Counted from the first letter of the stretch, positions 16,061-25,242 are shown. The stretch: DNA of 45,145 nt from a candidate division WWE3 bacterium (GCA_003564915.1 PXDX01000075.1:1-45145); one strand, 5' to 3'. Notes: a model not told the origin generated them from the sequence alone. Translations and numbers: made by a program.

Positions 16061-19000
16061 ATGCCTAAAGATCTTGTTATTAAAAAATCAGCTCTCACTC
16101 CGACCATCTTGGTTTACAACGGAATTTCCTATCTGGGGTTGAATCTGTGCAGAAAACTATTGGAGAAAGGTGCTAGAGTCGTAGTTCTGGATGAAGTCGA
16201 CCTTGATGTTCGTAAAAATGTAGAATCTCTTTTATCCGATCCCAACTTTGCTCTTTTTAATGTTGAAGCGGACAAGGGAATTCCAGAGAAGATTCAGTCA
16301 GTGGATTATATTTTTCAGATAATATTTCCCGATGACCCAGTTGATGTGGGAGCAAAAAATCTTATCTCCGACGCGTTTGCCACTAAGAATTTATTGGATT
16401 TGGCAGTTTCCTCGAAAGCGCGTTTTGCCTTGGTGGAGCCTCTTTTTACCGTAAAGAAGAGAGGTGCCGATCAGGAAAAAGAACAGTATTCATACGCTAA
16501 AAACAGTGAATTCCTTCGTTCCTTGGTTTGGGATTATGTTAATAATAAGGATCTTAACGGACGGATTATTAGGCTTTGTCCTGTATATGGTCCCGGAATG
16601 TCTTTGGATTTTCCTCAAGGATTGTTCCGCTTTATTGATGCTGTTCTGGAGGGAAGGGAACTCAAGATATATGGAGATGGTGTAGAAAAATCCCCCTATG
16701 TTTATGTAGATGATGCGGTAGATGCTCTTATCAAAGCGTTATTTTATAAGCGGACTTCAGGAAGGGTTTTTGATATTCGCAGCGAGGAAGTTCATGCGGA
16801 CTTGGAATTGGCATTTATAATGAAAAGTTTGGCCAATGAGGAGTTGAGTCTTAAGTATGTTGATGAAACGCTTCCCTTTGAAATTACATATTTAACTTCC
16901 GGAGGAGAGCAAGTCCCAAGATGGGTTCCCGAAACGCAATTAAAAGACGGCCTTAAGGTTTCGTTGGAAGGATTTTCTTATAGGGTCAATCCTCATTCTT
17001 TTAAGCCCACCAAGGTCATAAAGGATAAATTAGAAGAGAGAAATAGATCTACTGCAATACACTCTCTTTTGGACGCCAAAAAAGATCTGGATAAGAGCGA
17101 TCTTAAAAAGGAAAGTCCCGCTGAAAAGAGGTTAAATTCCAGAGATTTCAGTAAAAAAATGAAATTCAGATTCAAATTTCCGTCTTTTAGGCTACCTAGA
17201 ATAAATCTCAAAAGGAAAAAGAGTTCGGATCGTAAGGAAAAGGATTCTTTGAAAAATTTACAATTTCCCAAAAGATCTTCGGCCCCTTTCTCCTTTAGAG
17301 GCAATCTTAAATATATTATTTTCGGGATCTTTGTTGCAGCCTTTTTCATGGTTATGGCTCCCGCGGTGACGACTATTTATTCCTCTTACAGAGCGGTAAA
17401 AGCCTTAGAGAAAGTTTCTTTCAATTTGATCCATTTGCGGACGGATGATTCAGAGGAGCATTCTCGTACTGCTTTTATTAACTTCAATCGAGCTCGAGAT
17501 TCATTTAGGCAGTTGAATTGGGCTTTTAAGCTTACCGGACTTACTGAAACCTACGGATCCATCGATAGTTTATTCGATTCGGCATCCTATTTTAGCGGTT
17601 CTCTTTATAGGACATCGCGAGCACTGGATCCTTTCAGCTCTCTTTGGGAGGTGTTAAAACCCACATCTGAAAATGTCTTTTCCGAAGAGGATTTTGCGCT
17701 CAGTACGGGGGAGCTTGTTAACGCAAAGAGTACGATGAATATGGCCTTAGCGCATTATGAAAAAGTGAACGAGGAAAAATTACCTTCCATGCTAGCAACC
17801 CACTCCTCAAATTTTGGAGCCGCAATGAACAGGGCTAACGATTTGCTTGATGATGCCGTCTTGGTTTCTTCTTCTCTTTCTTCAGTTTTGGGTGTAGATA
17901 GAACCAAACAGTATTTATTGCTTTTCCAAAATCCAGCCGAGATTAGGCCTACGGGAGGGTTCATTGGCTCTTATGGAGTCTTGACAGTAAGGGACGGGAA
18001 GATCCAAGAACTTTTTATCGATGATATATATAATCCTGATGGTCAGATAGACTTAAGGAATATCGCAGTAGAGCCGCCCGATCCTATAAGTGAATTTTTG
18101 GGTGAGGAAATCTTGCACATTAGAAACGCTAACTGGTCGCCGGATTTTATTGAAAGTGCGTCTAAAATTGAGAATCTCTTCTTCTTATTGGACAACCGTT
18201 CTTTTGATGGAATTATAGGGATAGATCTTAATCTAATACGTTCTTTATTGGAAGTGACGGGTCCGGTCTATCTTGCCTCCTATAACGAGGAAATTAGTGC
18301 TGATAATTTATATGAACGAACTCAGTATCACAGCGAATTTGACTATCGGGACGGTATAAGTGAAAAAAGGAGCTTTTTGACGGTACTTTCGGCCAAACTC
18401 CTTGAAAGTGTTTTTGCTTTGTCATCAGATAAAACGGGTCATTTTCTGACACAGATACATTCCTCTCTTGAATCCCGAAGTCTGCAGATTTATGTAAAAA
18501 ATCCATCCTTAGCTTCCTTATTAAGAAGCAAGGGTTGGGATGGGTCGCTTGTTTTAGTAGAAGGGGATTTTCTTATGGTAGTTAATTCTAATCTGGGAGG
18601 AACTAAAGCAAATCATTTTGTTTCCAACTCCTACAGCTACTCAGTATCATCCGATACTAGGGATGGTCTGCTTCGTTCTAAGTTAAACTTAAACTATCGA
18701 CACCGCGGCAATAACAATGCTTGGCCCGGCGGCCCTTACACCAACTATGTACGTGTTTATTCCCCTCGGGGTTCTTATCTTGCCGGAGCTTCATTATATA
18801 GAGGGGATCAAACTGAGGATATCATGTCTTCAACACTTGTATACGAGGAAGGATCTTACAATGTTTTTGCGTTCAGTTTTGTCTTAGATCCCTCGGAGGT
18901 TTTGAGAGTAGAGTTATCGTATGATCTTCCGGAAGATCTCTCGCTTTCGAAAGAGGATCAAAGGTATTCTCTTTATTGGCAAAAACAAGCGGGAACCTTG

Positions 19001-19147
19001 GATGATGTTTTCAGGTTTGATTTTAGAGGTCCTTTTGGTACGGAAATAGTTTCTTACAGTCCTTCCGATTTTGCAAAAGAGAAGAATATCGCTGTTCTGG
19101 AAGGTCTGCTGAACATTGATCAGGAGATATTCCTTGAGATGAAGTGA
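16061..19147 (+). CDS. Fusion protein: UXS/RmlB-like extended-SDR domain (degenerate), basic linker, TM helix, DUF4012 domain
   Basis: Residues 1-310 align by eye with UDP-glucuronate decarboxylase (RIIRLCPVYGPGM, KIYGDGVEKSPYVYVDDAVDALIKAL, YSYAK). The TM helix is at aa 417-440. The C-terminal part carries the DUF4012 hallmark LLLFQNPAEIRPTGGFIGSYGVLTV. Confidence 0.65.
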   Translation: MPKDLVIKKSALTPTILVYNGISYLGLNLCRKLLEKGARVVVLDEVDLDVRKNVESLLSDPNFALFNVEADKGIPEKIQSVDYIFQIIFPDDPVDVGAKNLISDAFATKNLLDLAVSSKARFALVEPLFTVKKRGADQEKEQYSYAKNSEFLRSLVWDYVNNKDLNGRIIRLCPVYGPGMSLDFPQGLFRFIDAVLEGRELKIYGDGVEKSPYVYVDDAVDALIKALFYKRTSGRVFDIRSEEVHADLELAFIMKSLANEELSLKYVDETLPFEITYLTSGGEQVPRWVPETQLKDGLKVSLEGFSYRVNPHSFKPTKVIKDKLEERNRSTAIHSLLDAKKDLDKSDLKKESPAEKRLNSRDFSKKMKFRFKFPSFRLPRINLKRKKSSDRKEKDSLKNLQFPKRSSAPFSFRGNLKYIIFGIFVAAFFMVMAPAVTTIYSSYRAVKALEKVSFNLIHLRTDDSEEHSRTAFINFNRARDSFRQLNWAFKLTGLTETYGSIDSLFDSASYFSGSLYRTSRALDPFSSLWEVLKPTSENVFSEEDFALSTGELVNAKSTMNMALAHYEKVNEEKLPSMLATHSSNFGAAMNRANDLLDDAVLVSSSLSSVLGVDRTKQYLLLFQNPAEIRPTGGFIGSYGVLTVRDGKIQELFIDDIYNPDGQIDLRNIAVEPPDPISEFLGEEILHIRNANWSPDFIESASKIENLFFLLDNRSFDGIIGIDLNLIRSLLEVTGPVYLASYNEEISADNLYERTQYHSEFDYRDGISEKRSFLTVLSAKLLESVFALSSDKTGHFLTQIHSSLESRSLQIYVKNPSLASLLRSKGWDGSLVLVEGDFLMVVNSNLGGTKANHFVSNSYSYSVSSDTRDGLLRSKLNLNYRHRGNNNAWPGGPYTNYVRVYSPRGSYLAGASLYRGDQTEDIMSSTLVYEEGSYNVFAFSFVLDPSEVLRVELSYDLPEDLSLSKEDQRYSLYWQKQAGTLDDVFRFDFRGPFGTEIVSYSPSDFAKEKNIAVLEGLLNIDQEIFLEMK

Positions 19148-19159
19148 TATACTGCTTGT

Positions 19160-20101
19160 GTGCATATAGTACAATCCCCGGTTTGGGAGAAATTTAGGCA
19201 ATCTTACGGAGCTGAGCCTGTTAGGGCAGGTGAGGTCCTTTATACCATGCATCCCATACCGCTAATGGAGAAATACTATGCTTATTGCCCAAAAGTAGAT
19301 CCCTTCTCAATAAATTTTGAAGATCTAATCATTTCTCTTAAAGAGAATAATTGCTTTGCAATAAATTTTGATGTTCCTGATATCCTAATTACTTCTTCAA
19401 AGGGAGAAAACGCGATTGAGATATTTCAAAATGAAGGCTGTGTTAAATCTCCCCGGAATAATTTTATGAGGCACAGCTTACTCTTGGATTTAACCCAAAC
19501 GGAAGAGCAGCTTTTTAGCAATCTTCACTCTAAGCACAGATACAACACAAGATACGCACGTAGAAAAGGCGTGATCGTAAGAGAGGAAGAAGGTGAACAT
19601 GGTTTCAACGTTTTTTATGATCTATTAAGGAAAACCTCTGAGCAGCAGGGTTTTTACATTCATCCGAAGGAATACTATTGGAATTTATGGAATATACTAG
19701 GTAGCGAGGGAGTTGCTCGGATTTTGACGGCTTATTATCAGAATATTCCTTTGGTTTCCTGGATGTTTTTTATTTACGGGAATGTCTTATATTATCCTTA
19801 CGGAGGGTCGTCCGGAAAGCACGGAAATCTTCATCCTAGCAATCTCTTGGGCTGGGAAGGCATACTTCTGGGGAAAAAAGAGGAGTGTGAGGTTTTTGAT
19901 ATGTGGGGAGCTTGCCCCGATCTTGAGGATAGGTCGGATCCTCGCTGGGGATATACTAATTTTAAGATCAAATTCGGCGCTGAATATGTGGAATATATCC
20001 CTTCGTACGATTTGGTATTGGAACCCTTTTGGTACAAGATGTTTAATTATGCAAATGAAGCTCGTTGGTTATTTTTGAATTTCAAGAGAGGAGGTTTCTA
20101 G
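19160..20101 (+). CDS. FemAB/FemX-family peptidoglycan aminoacyl-tRNA-dependent transferase, paralog 1
   Basis: LLLDLTQTEEQLFSNLHSKHRYNTRYARRKGV...YYPYGGSS...FDMWG...FKIKFGA parallels Weissella FemX and the FemAB family. GTG start. Confidence 0.7.
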   Translation: MHIVQSPVWEKFRQSYGAEPVRAGEVLYTMHPIPLMEKYYAYCPKVDPFSINFEDLIISLKENNCFAINFDVPDILITSSKGENAIEIFQNEGCVKSPRNNFMRHSLLLDLTQTEEQLFSNLHSKHRYNTRYARRKGVIVREEEGEHGFNVFYDLLRKTSEQQGFYIHPKEYYWNLWNILGSEGVARILTAYYQNIPLVSWMFFIYGNVLYYPYGGSSGKHGNLHPSNLLGWEGILLGKKEECEVFDMWGACPDLEDRSDPRWGYTNFKIKFGAEYVEYIPSYDLVLEPFWYKMFNYANEARWLFLNFKRGGF

Positions 20102-21001
20102 ATGTATCCGCTGGACATAAGGCAATCAGAAGAATGGCTGGAGTATCTGGAATTTTTGGGATGGAAGATTTTGGAAACCTCGGGCGGTATCAAGGGCGTT
20201 ATGATGAAAAGTAGATTTGGAAATGTCATCAAAGTGCAACGTCCCCGCGGTTTAAGTGTTTCAGATCTAAAAGATTTTGATAAGATCGCTGAAGAAAACA
20301 AGATCGCATTTGTGAAAGTAGAACCCGATTTGTCTCAGGATCTAACAATTTTGGATCAAGCTGGGTATATTACGGAAGGTTCTCCTCTTACTCCACCCAC
20401 CACCATCTTTATTGATCTCTCAAAAGACAAAGAATCTTTGTGGGAGGATCTATCCGGGAGCTGTAAGTACTCTATCAGGAGGGCAAAAAGAGAAGGAGCT
20501 GTAACCGATTTTTATACTGACCCGGACGAAAATTTGGTGGAGAAATTTTACGAGATCCACAAAAGTACCGGTAAACAAAAGAGTTTCTATATTCAAAGTA
20601 GGGAAGACATAAAAAAGAAAGCGGAGCTTTTTAAGGATAGAGCAATTATTGGTATGGTCAGAACAGAGAGCGGAGAAGTAACGGGAACCAATCTTTATCT
20701 GGGTTTTGGCAATGGGGTTTGGTATCTTCACGGAGGTACAACCGCAGAAGGCAGGAAAACCAAGAACGGCTATGAATTATATTGGCAATCCATACTTTAC
20801 TTAAAATCTTTAGGATACAAATGGTTTGATCTGGAAGGTGTTGATGATAAGAGATTTCCGGGTTTTACAAAAAATTGGGGAGGTCTAAGCCATTTTAAGG
20901 AGAAATTTGGCGGTCAAAGAGTTGAGTTCCCTGCTCCCAGAGTTAAGATATTTAATAGATTTTTGAAGCTTATTTCCAAATATTCCAATACTCCTATATA
21001 A
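20102..21001 (+). CDS. FemAB/FemX-family transferase, paralog 2
   Basis: IFIDLSKDKESLWEDLSGSCKYSIRRAKREG...WYLHGGTT...FDLEGV...FKEKFGG. The start is immediately adjacent to the stop of paralog 1. Confidence 0.65.
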   Translation: MYPLDIRQSEEWLEYLEFLGWKILETSGGIKGVMMKSRFGNVIKVQRPRGLSVSDLKDFDKIAEENKIAFVKVEPDLSQDLTILDQAGYITEGSPLTPPTTIFIDLSKDKESLWEDLSGSCKYSIRRAKREGAVTDFYTDPDENLVEKFYEIHKSTGKQKSFYIQSREDIKKKAELFKDRAIIGMVRTESGEVTGTNLYLGFGNGVWYLHGGTTAEGRKTKNGYELYWQSILYLKSLGYKWFDLEGVDDKRFPGFTKNWGGLSHFKEKFGGQRVEFPAPRVKIFNRFLKLISKYSNTPI

Positions 21002-21005
21002 AAGG

Positions 21006-23855
21006 TCATTCTTTTACTGCATGAGGACAAATATTATTGTAATCGCACCACCGACAATGGTAGCCCGGAATCGCATCAAAAAGCCTGTCTTTTATCTTGC
21101 TTACCACCTCCGCAGCCTCTTTTTTGGCCTTTTCCATAGATTCATCGGTTCTGGTGGTAGATATTTTTTTACCATGCTCCAAAAAATGCAAAGTTAGTTT
21201 GTCTGGATTTAGTTTTAGGGCTTCTTTTGCTCCTATAGCATAGAGAGTTATTTGTTTATCTTTATCAACTTCTTTTTGGTCCTTAAGACTTCCGGTCTTA
21301 TAATCAACTATTTCTATACCGCCTTTTGTTCGATCAATTCTATCTATCCAGCCGTATAACCTGATCTCATCAATTTTAATATTGAAGGCTTTTTCTATAC
21401 CTATGGTTTCTGTTTTCTCGTCAAGGGAATTGTAATAATTTCTAAGTAACTCTTTTCCGCTACCGAATCTTTCCTCTCTGTGTTCTTTACTATCATATCC
21501 GAGAGGTTCCCAATTTTTTTCATAAAGTTGCAAAAGTTTGTCCAGGGGAACTTCTCCCGCCAACAACCTTTCGTGGAACTCCCTTAGAGTTTTGTGAACA
21601 GTGTTTCCGAAACTAAGGGCATGGCTCGGGGGCGTGGGAATGTTTAATATGTATCTGTATTTATACTTAAGCGGGCAGCCTTCGTATGTGGATATTTGAG
21701 TGTAACTTACGGACTCGGGTATGCGGTAATTTACTTCTTTGTCAGGACTTTCCTTAAGTTTTGAGCTTTCCCTAAGAAAACTTTTTTGCCGGTTTACATC
21801 TTTTTCCATTTCAACTATCAAAGGATCTATTCCGGTTTCTTCGAGGAATCCACTGGGTCTGTTTTGCCTTTTCCCTCCATAGTCTTTTCCGTATACCATA
21901 TGCAAATATTTTTGGGATCTAGTCATTCCAACATAGAAGAGGCGCCGTTCTTCCTGGATGTGAGCATTTCCTACAGGCAAAGTCTCTTTTATCAGATCAT
22001 CCGGAACCTCAATCTTATCGCTTCGGTTCATTGAAGGAAATCTTGTAGAGACTAGATTTACCATAAAGACGACAGGAAATTCCAATCCTTTTGATGAATG
22101 AACAGTAAGTAGGTTTATGGTGTCAATATCTTCAATTTCCGCTTGTGCCGGATTTTCTCCCGCCTCAAGCATGGCCTCGGTATAGTTCATAAATTCTATT
22201 AATGTTGGAAGTTCTTTTTTACTTTGATTAAAGTCGATCTCGAATCTTTTTATTTTTTCCAGAAATAGATCCAAATTCTTTAGGCTGAGCTGATTTTCCA
22301 GGTTCTCCTCCCTTACAAATTTTTCAAGGTAATCAATTTCATTTATTAGCTCATAGACCAGCCCCACCGGAGTGGTTTTAGGGATCTTGGATCTATATTT
22401 CTCAAGGAGTTGTAGGGTTCTCTTGACCTGTTCATTTTCAGTTTCTTCCATAACGTCCCAGATCTCTTTCTTTTCGTACCTTGATGACGCCATAATTTTG
22501 TTTATTATGTCGGAATTTATTTTCATACAATCCAAATTCAATACTCTGTATATGCTTGTTGGATCATAAGGTTCGACCAGTACTTTCAGGAGAGCAAGGA
22601 TATCTCTTATTTCATTACGGTCGTAAAGACCGCGATTTCCTACAAGTTGATAGGGAAGTTCATATTTTCTAAGGGCCAGAACAAAAGGATCTAAATGGTT
22701 GTTCGCTCTGGCAAGAATAGCAAAATCCTTGTAAGTATATTGTGTTTCTTCTCCCAATATATTGATTATCTTTGTTATCACAAAATCCACCTCGTTCTCT
22801 AAAGTATCCACTTCAATAATTTTAGGTTTTTGGTCATTATTATTTCCCGTCTTTTGACTGATCAGTTTTTTTGATATCCCAAGCTTTGTTTCCAAAGTAT
22901 CGGGATCGTTATTCTTAATTAGTCTGTATGCCGCATCCAAAACCGATTGACCTGATCTGTAATTTTTTATTAGTGTGACGGTTTCGGTAGAAGGATAATC
23001 TTTTTTAAATTGGAGAATATTGGATATGGCCGCACCGCGGAATTTATAAATGGATTGGGAATCGTCTCCCACCACTGTCAAGCCTCTCTCGTACGTATCC
23101 TTTTGCGGAAAAAGCAGTTTTATAAGTTCATATTGTGCGTAATTGGTATCTTGGAATTCATCCACAAGTATGTGTTCGAATTGTTTACGATATTTTTCCA
23201 GTATTGAAGGCCGCTCAATAAAAAGTTTTATAGTCCAGGTTATTAGATCGCCAAAATCCAATTTAGATTCGTCCACTTTCACCTCTTGATACGTCTTGTA
23301 AGCGTTTGTGATCTCCGCCCATTTTTTTGCTTCATCGTCTTCGAAATTTTTTGCTTCCGTATAAATTTGCAGGTCTTCCGGTGATATATTCTCGTCTTGT
23401 AATCTGGAAATGAACTTTAACATTGCCGCCACAAATTTGGTCGGGTTTCCTAGAGGTCTGTAATAATCCAAGCCCATTGAGAACAAATTTTCCTTAAAGA
23501 GAAGCCACTGCTCCGGGAAAGGAATGATCTTGTAGGAAGGATCTAAACCTATCTCTAAGGCTTCTTTTCTCAATACTCTTTCGCAGAATCTGTGAAATGT
23601 GTAGACCCAGGGTTCTTCGTAGGCTAACGGCATGGTGTCTTGAACTCTATTAAGCATTTCTTCCGAGGCTTTCTCAGTAAATGTAAGGGCGAGGATCTTC
23701 ATTGGATCGGTTCCATCCTCGCTAATTAAATGGTTGATCTTTTCAGTTATGACCCGCGTCTTTCCGGTTCCCGCCCCAGCAACCACTAGAAGAGGGCCTC
23801 TCTTATGGTCTACGGCTTTCGTTTGGCTTTCGTTGAGCGTGATTTTTTCGGCCAT
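21006..23855 (-). CDS. UvrD/PcrA-type SF1 helicase fused to a C-terminal Cas4/AddB-type PD-(D/E)XK nuclease with a 4-Cys cluster
   Basis: Helicase motifs: Walker A GAGTGKT, VDEFQDTN, VGDDSQSIYKFRGA and YVGMTRS. Nuclease motifs: GCPLKYKYRY, IDRIDR..IEIVDYKTG, QITLYA and CRWCDYNNICP (C-x2-C-x5-C). Confidence 0.85.
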   Translation of the reverse strand: MAEKITLNESQTKAVDHKRGPLLVVAGAGTGKTRVITEKINHLISEDGTDPMKILALTFTEKASEEMLNRVQDTMPLAYEEPWVYTFHRFCERVLRKEALEIGLDPSYKIIPFPEQWLLFKENLFSMGLDYYRPLGNPTKFVAAMLKFISRLQDENISPEDLQIYTEAKNFEDDEAKKWAEITNAYKTYQEVKVDESKLDFGDLITWTIKLFIERPSILEKYRKQFEHILVDEFQDTNYAQYELIKLLFPQKDTYERGLTVVGDDSQSIYKFRGAAISNILQFKKDYPSTETVTLIKNYRSGQSVLDAAYRLIKNNDPDTLETKLGISKKLISQKTGNNNDQKPKIIEVDTLENEVDFVITKIINILGEETQYTYKDFAILARANNHLDPFVLALRKYELPYQLVGNRGLYDRNEIRDILALLKVLVEPYDPTSIYRVLNLDCMKINSDIINKIMASSRYEKKEIWDVMEETENEQVKRTLQLLEKYRSKIPKTTPVGLVYELINEIDYLEKFVREENLENQLSLKNLDLFLEKIKRFEIDFNQSKKELPTLIEFMNYTEAMLEAGENPAQAEIEDIDTINLLTVHSSKGLEFPVVFMVNLVSTRFPSMNRSDKIEVPDDLIKETLPVGNAHIQEERRLFYVGMTRSQKYLHMVYGKDYGGKRQNRPSGFLEETGIDPLIVEMEKDVNRQKSFLRESSKLKESPDKEVNYRIPESVSYTQISTYEGCPLKYKYRYILNIPTPPSHALSFGNTVHKTLREFHERLLAGEVPLDKLLQLYEKNWEPLGYDSKEHREERFGSGKELLRNYYNSLDEKTETIGIEKAFNIKIDEIRLYGWIDRIDRTKGGIEIVDYKTGSLKDQKEVDKDKQITLYAIGAKEALKLNPDKLTLHFLEHGKKISTTRTDESMEKAKKEAAEVVSKIKDRLFDAIPGYHCRWCDYNNICPHAVKE

Positions 23856-23911
23856 TTGAATTATTATACTATGGAGCTTTGCGCTTTTTAGTGAAACCGG
23901 GGGGTGGGAAA

Positions 23912-24028
23912 ATGGCTTTTTGGTGGGTTTTTACGGCTCTCATGGCTCTTTTCGGAGCTCTCGTCGGATACGTTATTGCTCGCGGAGCATTAGCCATTCG
24001 AGATGTGATCGACGATGAGAGTGAGTAG
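23912..24028 (+). CDS. Candidate 38-aa small membrane protein (below the ORF-track cutoff)
   Basis: MAFWWVFTALMALFGALVGYVIARGALAIRDVIDDESE has one TM helix and an acidic tail. It is preceded by a G-rich stretch (GGGGGGTGGGAAA) and followed by a strong hairpin with a T-run. The region is locally GC-rich. Confidence 0.35.
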   Translation: MAFWWVFTALMALFGALVGYVIARGALAIRDVIDDESE

Positions 24029-24035
24029 TGGGTTC

Positions 24036-24095
24036 GGGGGGCCGATCAGACAACAAATATGTTTTTAATCTGATCGACCCTCCGCTATTTTTATT
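24036..24095 (+). terminator. Intrinsic terminator-like hairpin (15-bp stem with one mismatch, 18-nt loop) followed by a T-rich tract
   Basis: GGGGGGCCGATCAGA (24036-24050) pairs with TCTGATCGACCCTCC (24069-24083), followed by GCTATTTTTATT. It sits between the small ORF and the rmuC stop codon (24102). Confidence 0.5.
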
Positions 24096-24101
24096 CAAAC
24101 G

Positions 24102-25184
24102 CTATTCCTCATCATCCGGTGCCTCTATTTGGATTTCGCTTTGTCTTGATTCAATACTTTGCACACGCTCTATTCTTCCAAATAGATCCGAAAAGGAGGA
24201 TGAAACTCTTTCCATGTTCTTATAGGAATTTGTTATATGTCTGGAAAGTGTATCCAGATCGCTCTCAAATTTTTTAGCTTCAACCTTAATTCCACCAAGA
24301 GCTTTTAATATCTCCTTGGCATTTTTTTCGATTTCGTGCTGCTGGTACCCCAAAAGTATTGTTCTTACAAAATAGGAAAACGTGTTAGGTGAGGCCATGA
24401 GGACGTTTCGATTTCTTGCATATTCTTCGATCTTTGTAGAATGTACTATCAATTCGTAGAAAATATTCTCTGAAGGAATGTACATAATCGCAAAATCCAT
24501 TGTCCCCTCTTCAGGAAGAATATATTTATCGGCCACTTCATCTACTCTCTTTTTTACATCCCTTAGGAAAGCCTTCTTTAAACTGGTTCTATCCGAGTCT
24601 TGCTTCGCTTCTTTCATGGCACGAAAATTTTCCATTGAGAACTTTGAGTCCACGGAGATCAATCCCTTTTCAATAATAATGACCGCATCGCAGACCGCGC
24701 CGTTTTTGAATTTATATTGTGTTTTATAAAGACTTTTAGGTAGGGAGTTTTCCAAAATTTCGTAAAGGAAAAACTCGCCTAATTCTCCTCGGAGTTTAGG
24801 CGCTTTTAATATATTGTTTAGCTCCCTCATGTCTTTTCCCAGCTCGCTTATTCCCCCCAAATGTTCTTGTACTTTTCCTATAACATTGGTGGCATTCTCC
24901 AGTCTTTCCCAAAGCACCTTTGTTTGTTGGCCCATGGCTTCGCGTTGATTTTTGAGCTGTTCATCGAGAGTTTTTCTCTGATCGTGTAATTGTTTTTCCA
25001 AGGTGTCGGTGTTTCGGTCCACACTGGATTTCATCTCCTTAAGCCATTGTGTGAGGACAGCATCTTCTTCTTTTTTAAGATCTTTCTTTAAGTTTTTGAT
25101 CTGTTTCAGAAGGAGATATGTCATTAGCGCAACGCCTCCCAAGATTATTAGTGCGATAAGAATAAATATTTCTACATTAACCAT
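24102..25184 (-). CDS. rmuC: DNA recombination protein RmuC
   Basis: 360 aa with an N-terminal TM helix, a coiled coil and an RmuC core (KLRGELGEFFLYEILENSLP...DFAIMYIPSENIFYE...NVLMASPNTF). Confidence 0.85.
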   Translation of the reverse strand: MVNVEIFILIALIILGGVALMTYLLLKQIKNLKKDLKKEEDAVLTQWLKEMKSSVDRNTDTLEKQLHDQRKTLDEQLKNQREAMGQQTKVLWERLENATNVIGKVQEHLGGISELGKDMRELNNILKAPKLRGELGEFFLYEILENSLPKSLYKTQYKFKNGAVCDAVIIIEKGLISVDSKFSMENFRAMKEAKQDSDRTSLKKAFLRDVKKRVDEVADKYILPEEGTMDFAIMYIPSENIFYELIVHSTKIEEYARNRNVLMASPNTFSYFVRTILLGYQQHEIEKNAKEILKALGGIKVEAKKFESDLDTLSRHITNSYKNMERVSSSFSDLFGRIERVQSIESRQSEIQIEAPDDEE

Positions 25185-25214
25185 AGTGGTCTAATTTTAA
25201 CAGATTTGGAGGGA

Positions 25215-25242
25215 TTGACGGCTCTTGATCAATAGCTGTCAA
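25215..25242. promoter_or_regulatory. 28-nt near-perfect palindrome TTGACGGCTCTTGATCAATAGCTGTCAA in the divergent rmuC / GT2 intergenic region
   Basis: Read directly. 24 of 28 positions are self-complementary, with a central TTGATCAA. It lies in a 255-nt AT-rich spacer. Confidence 0.3.

Noticed and set aside
16993-17349. A 118-aa minus-strand ORF inside the SDR-DUF4012 gene.
   Set aside because: It is antisense to the low-complexity basic linker region, which is a typical place for spurious open frames.
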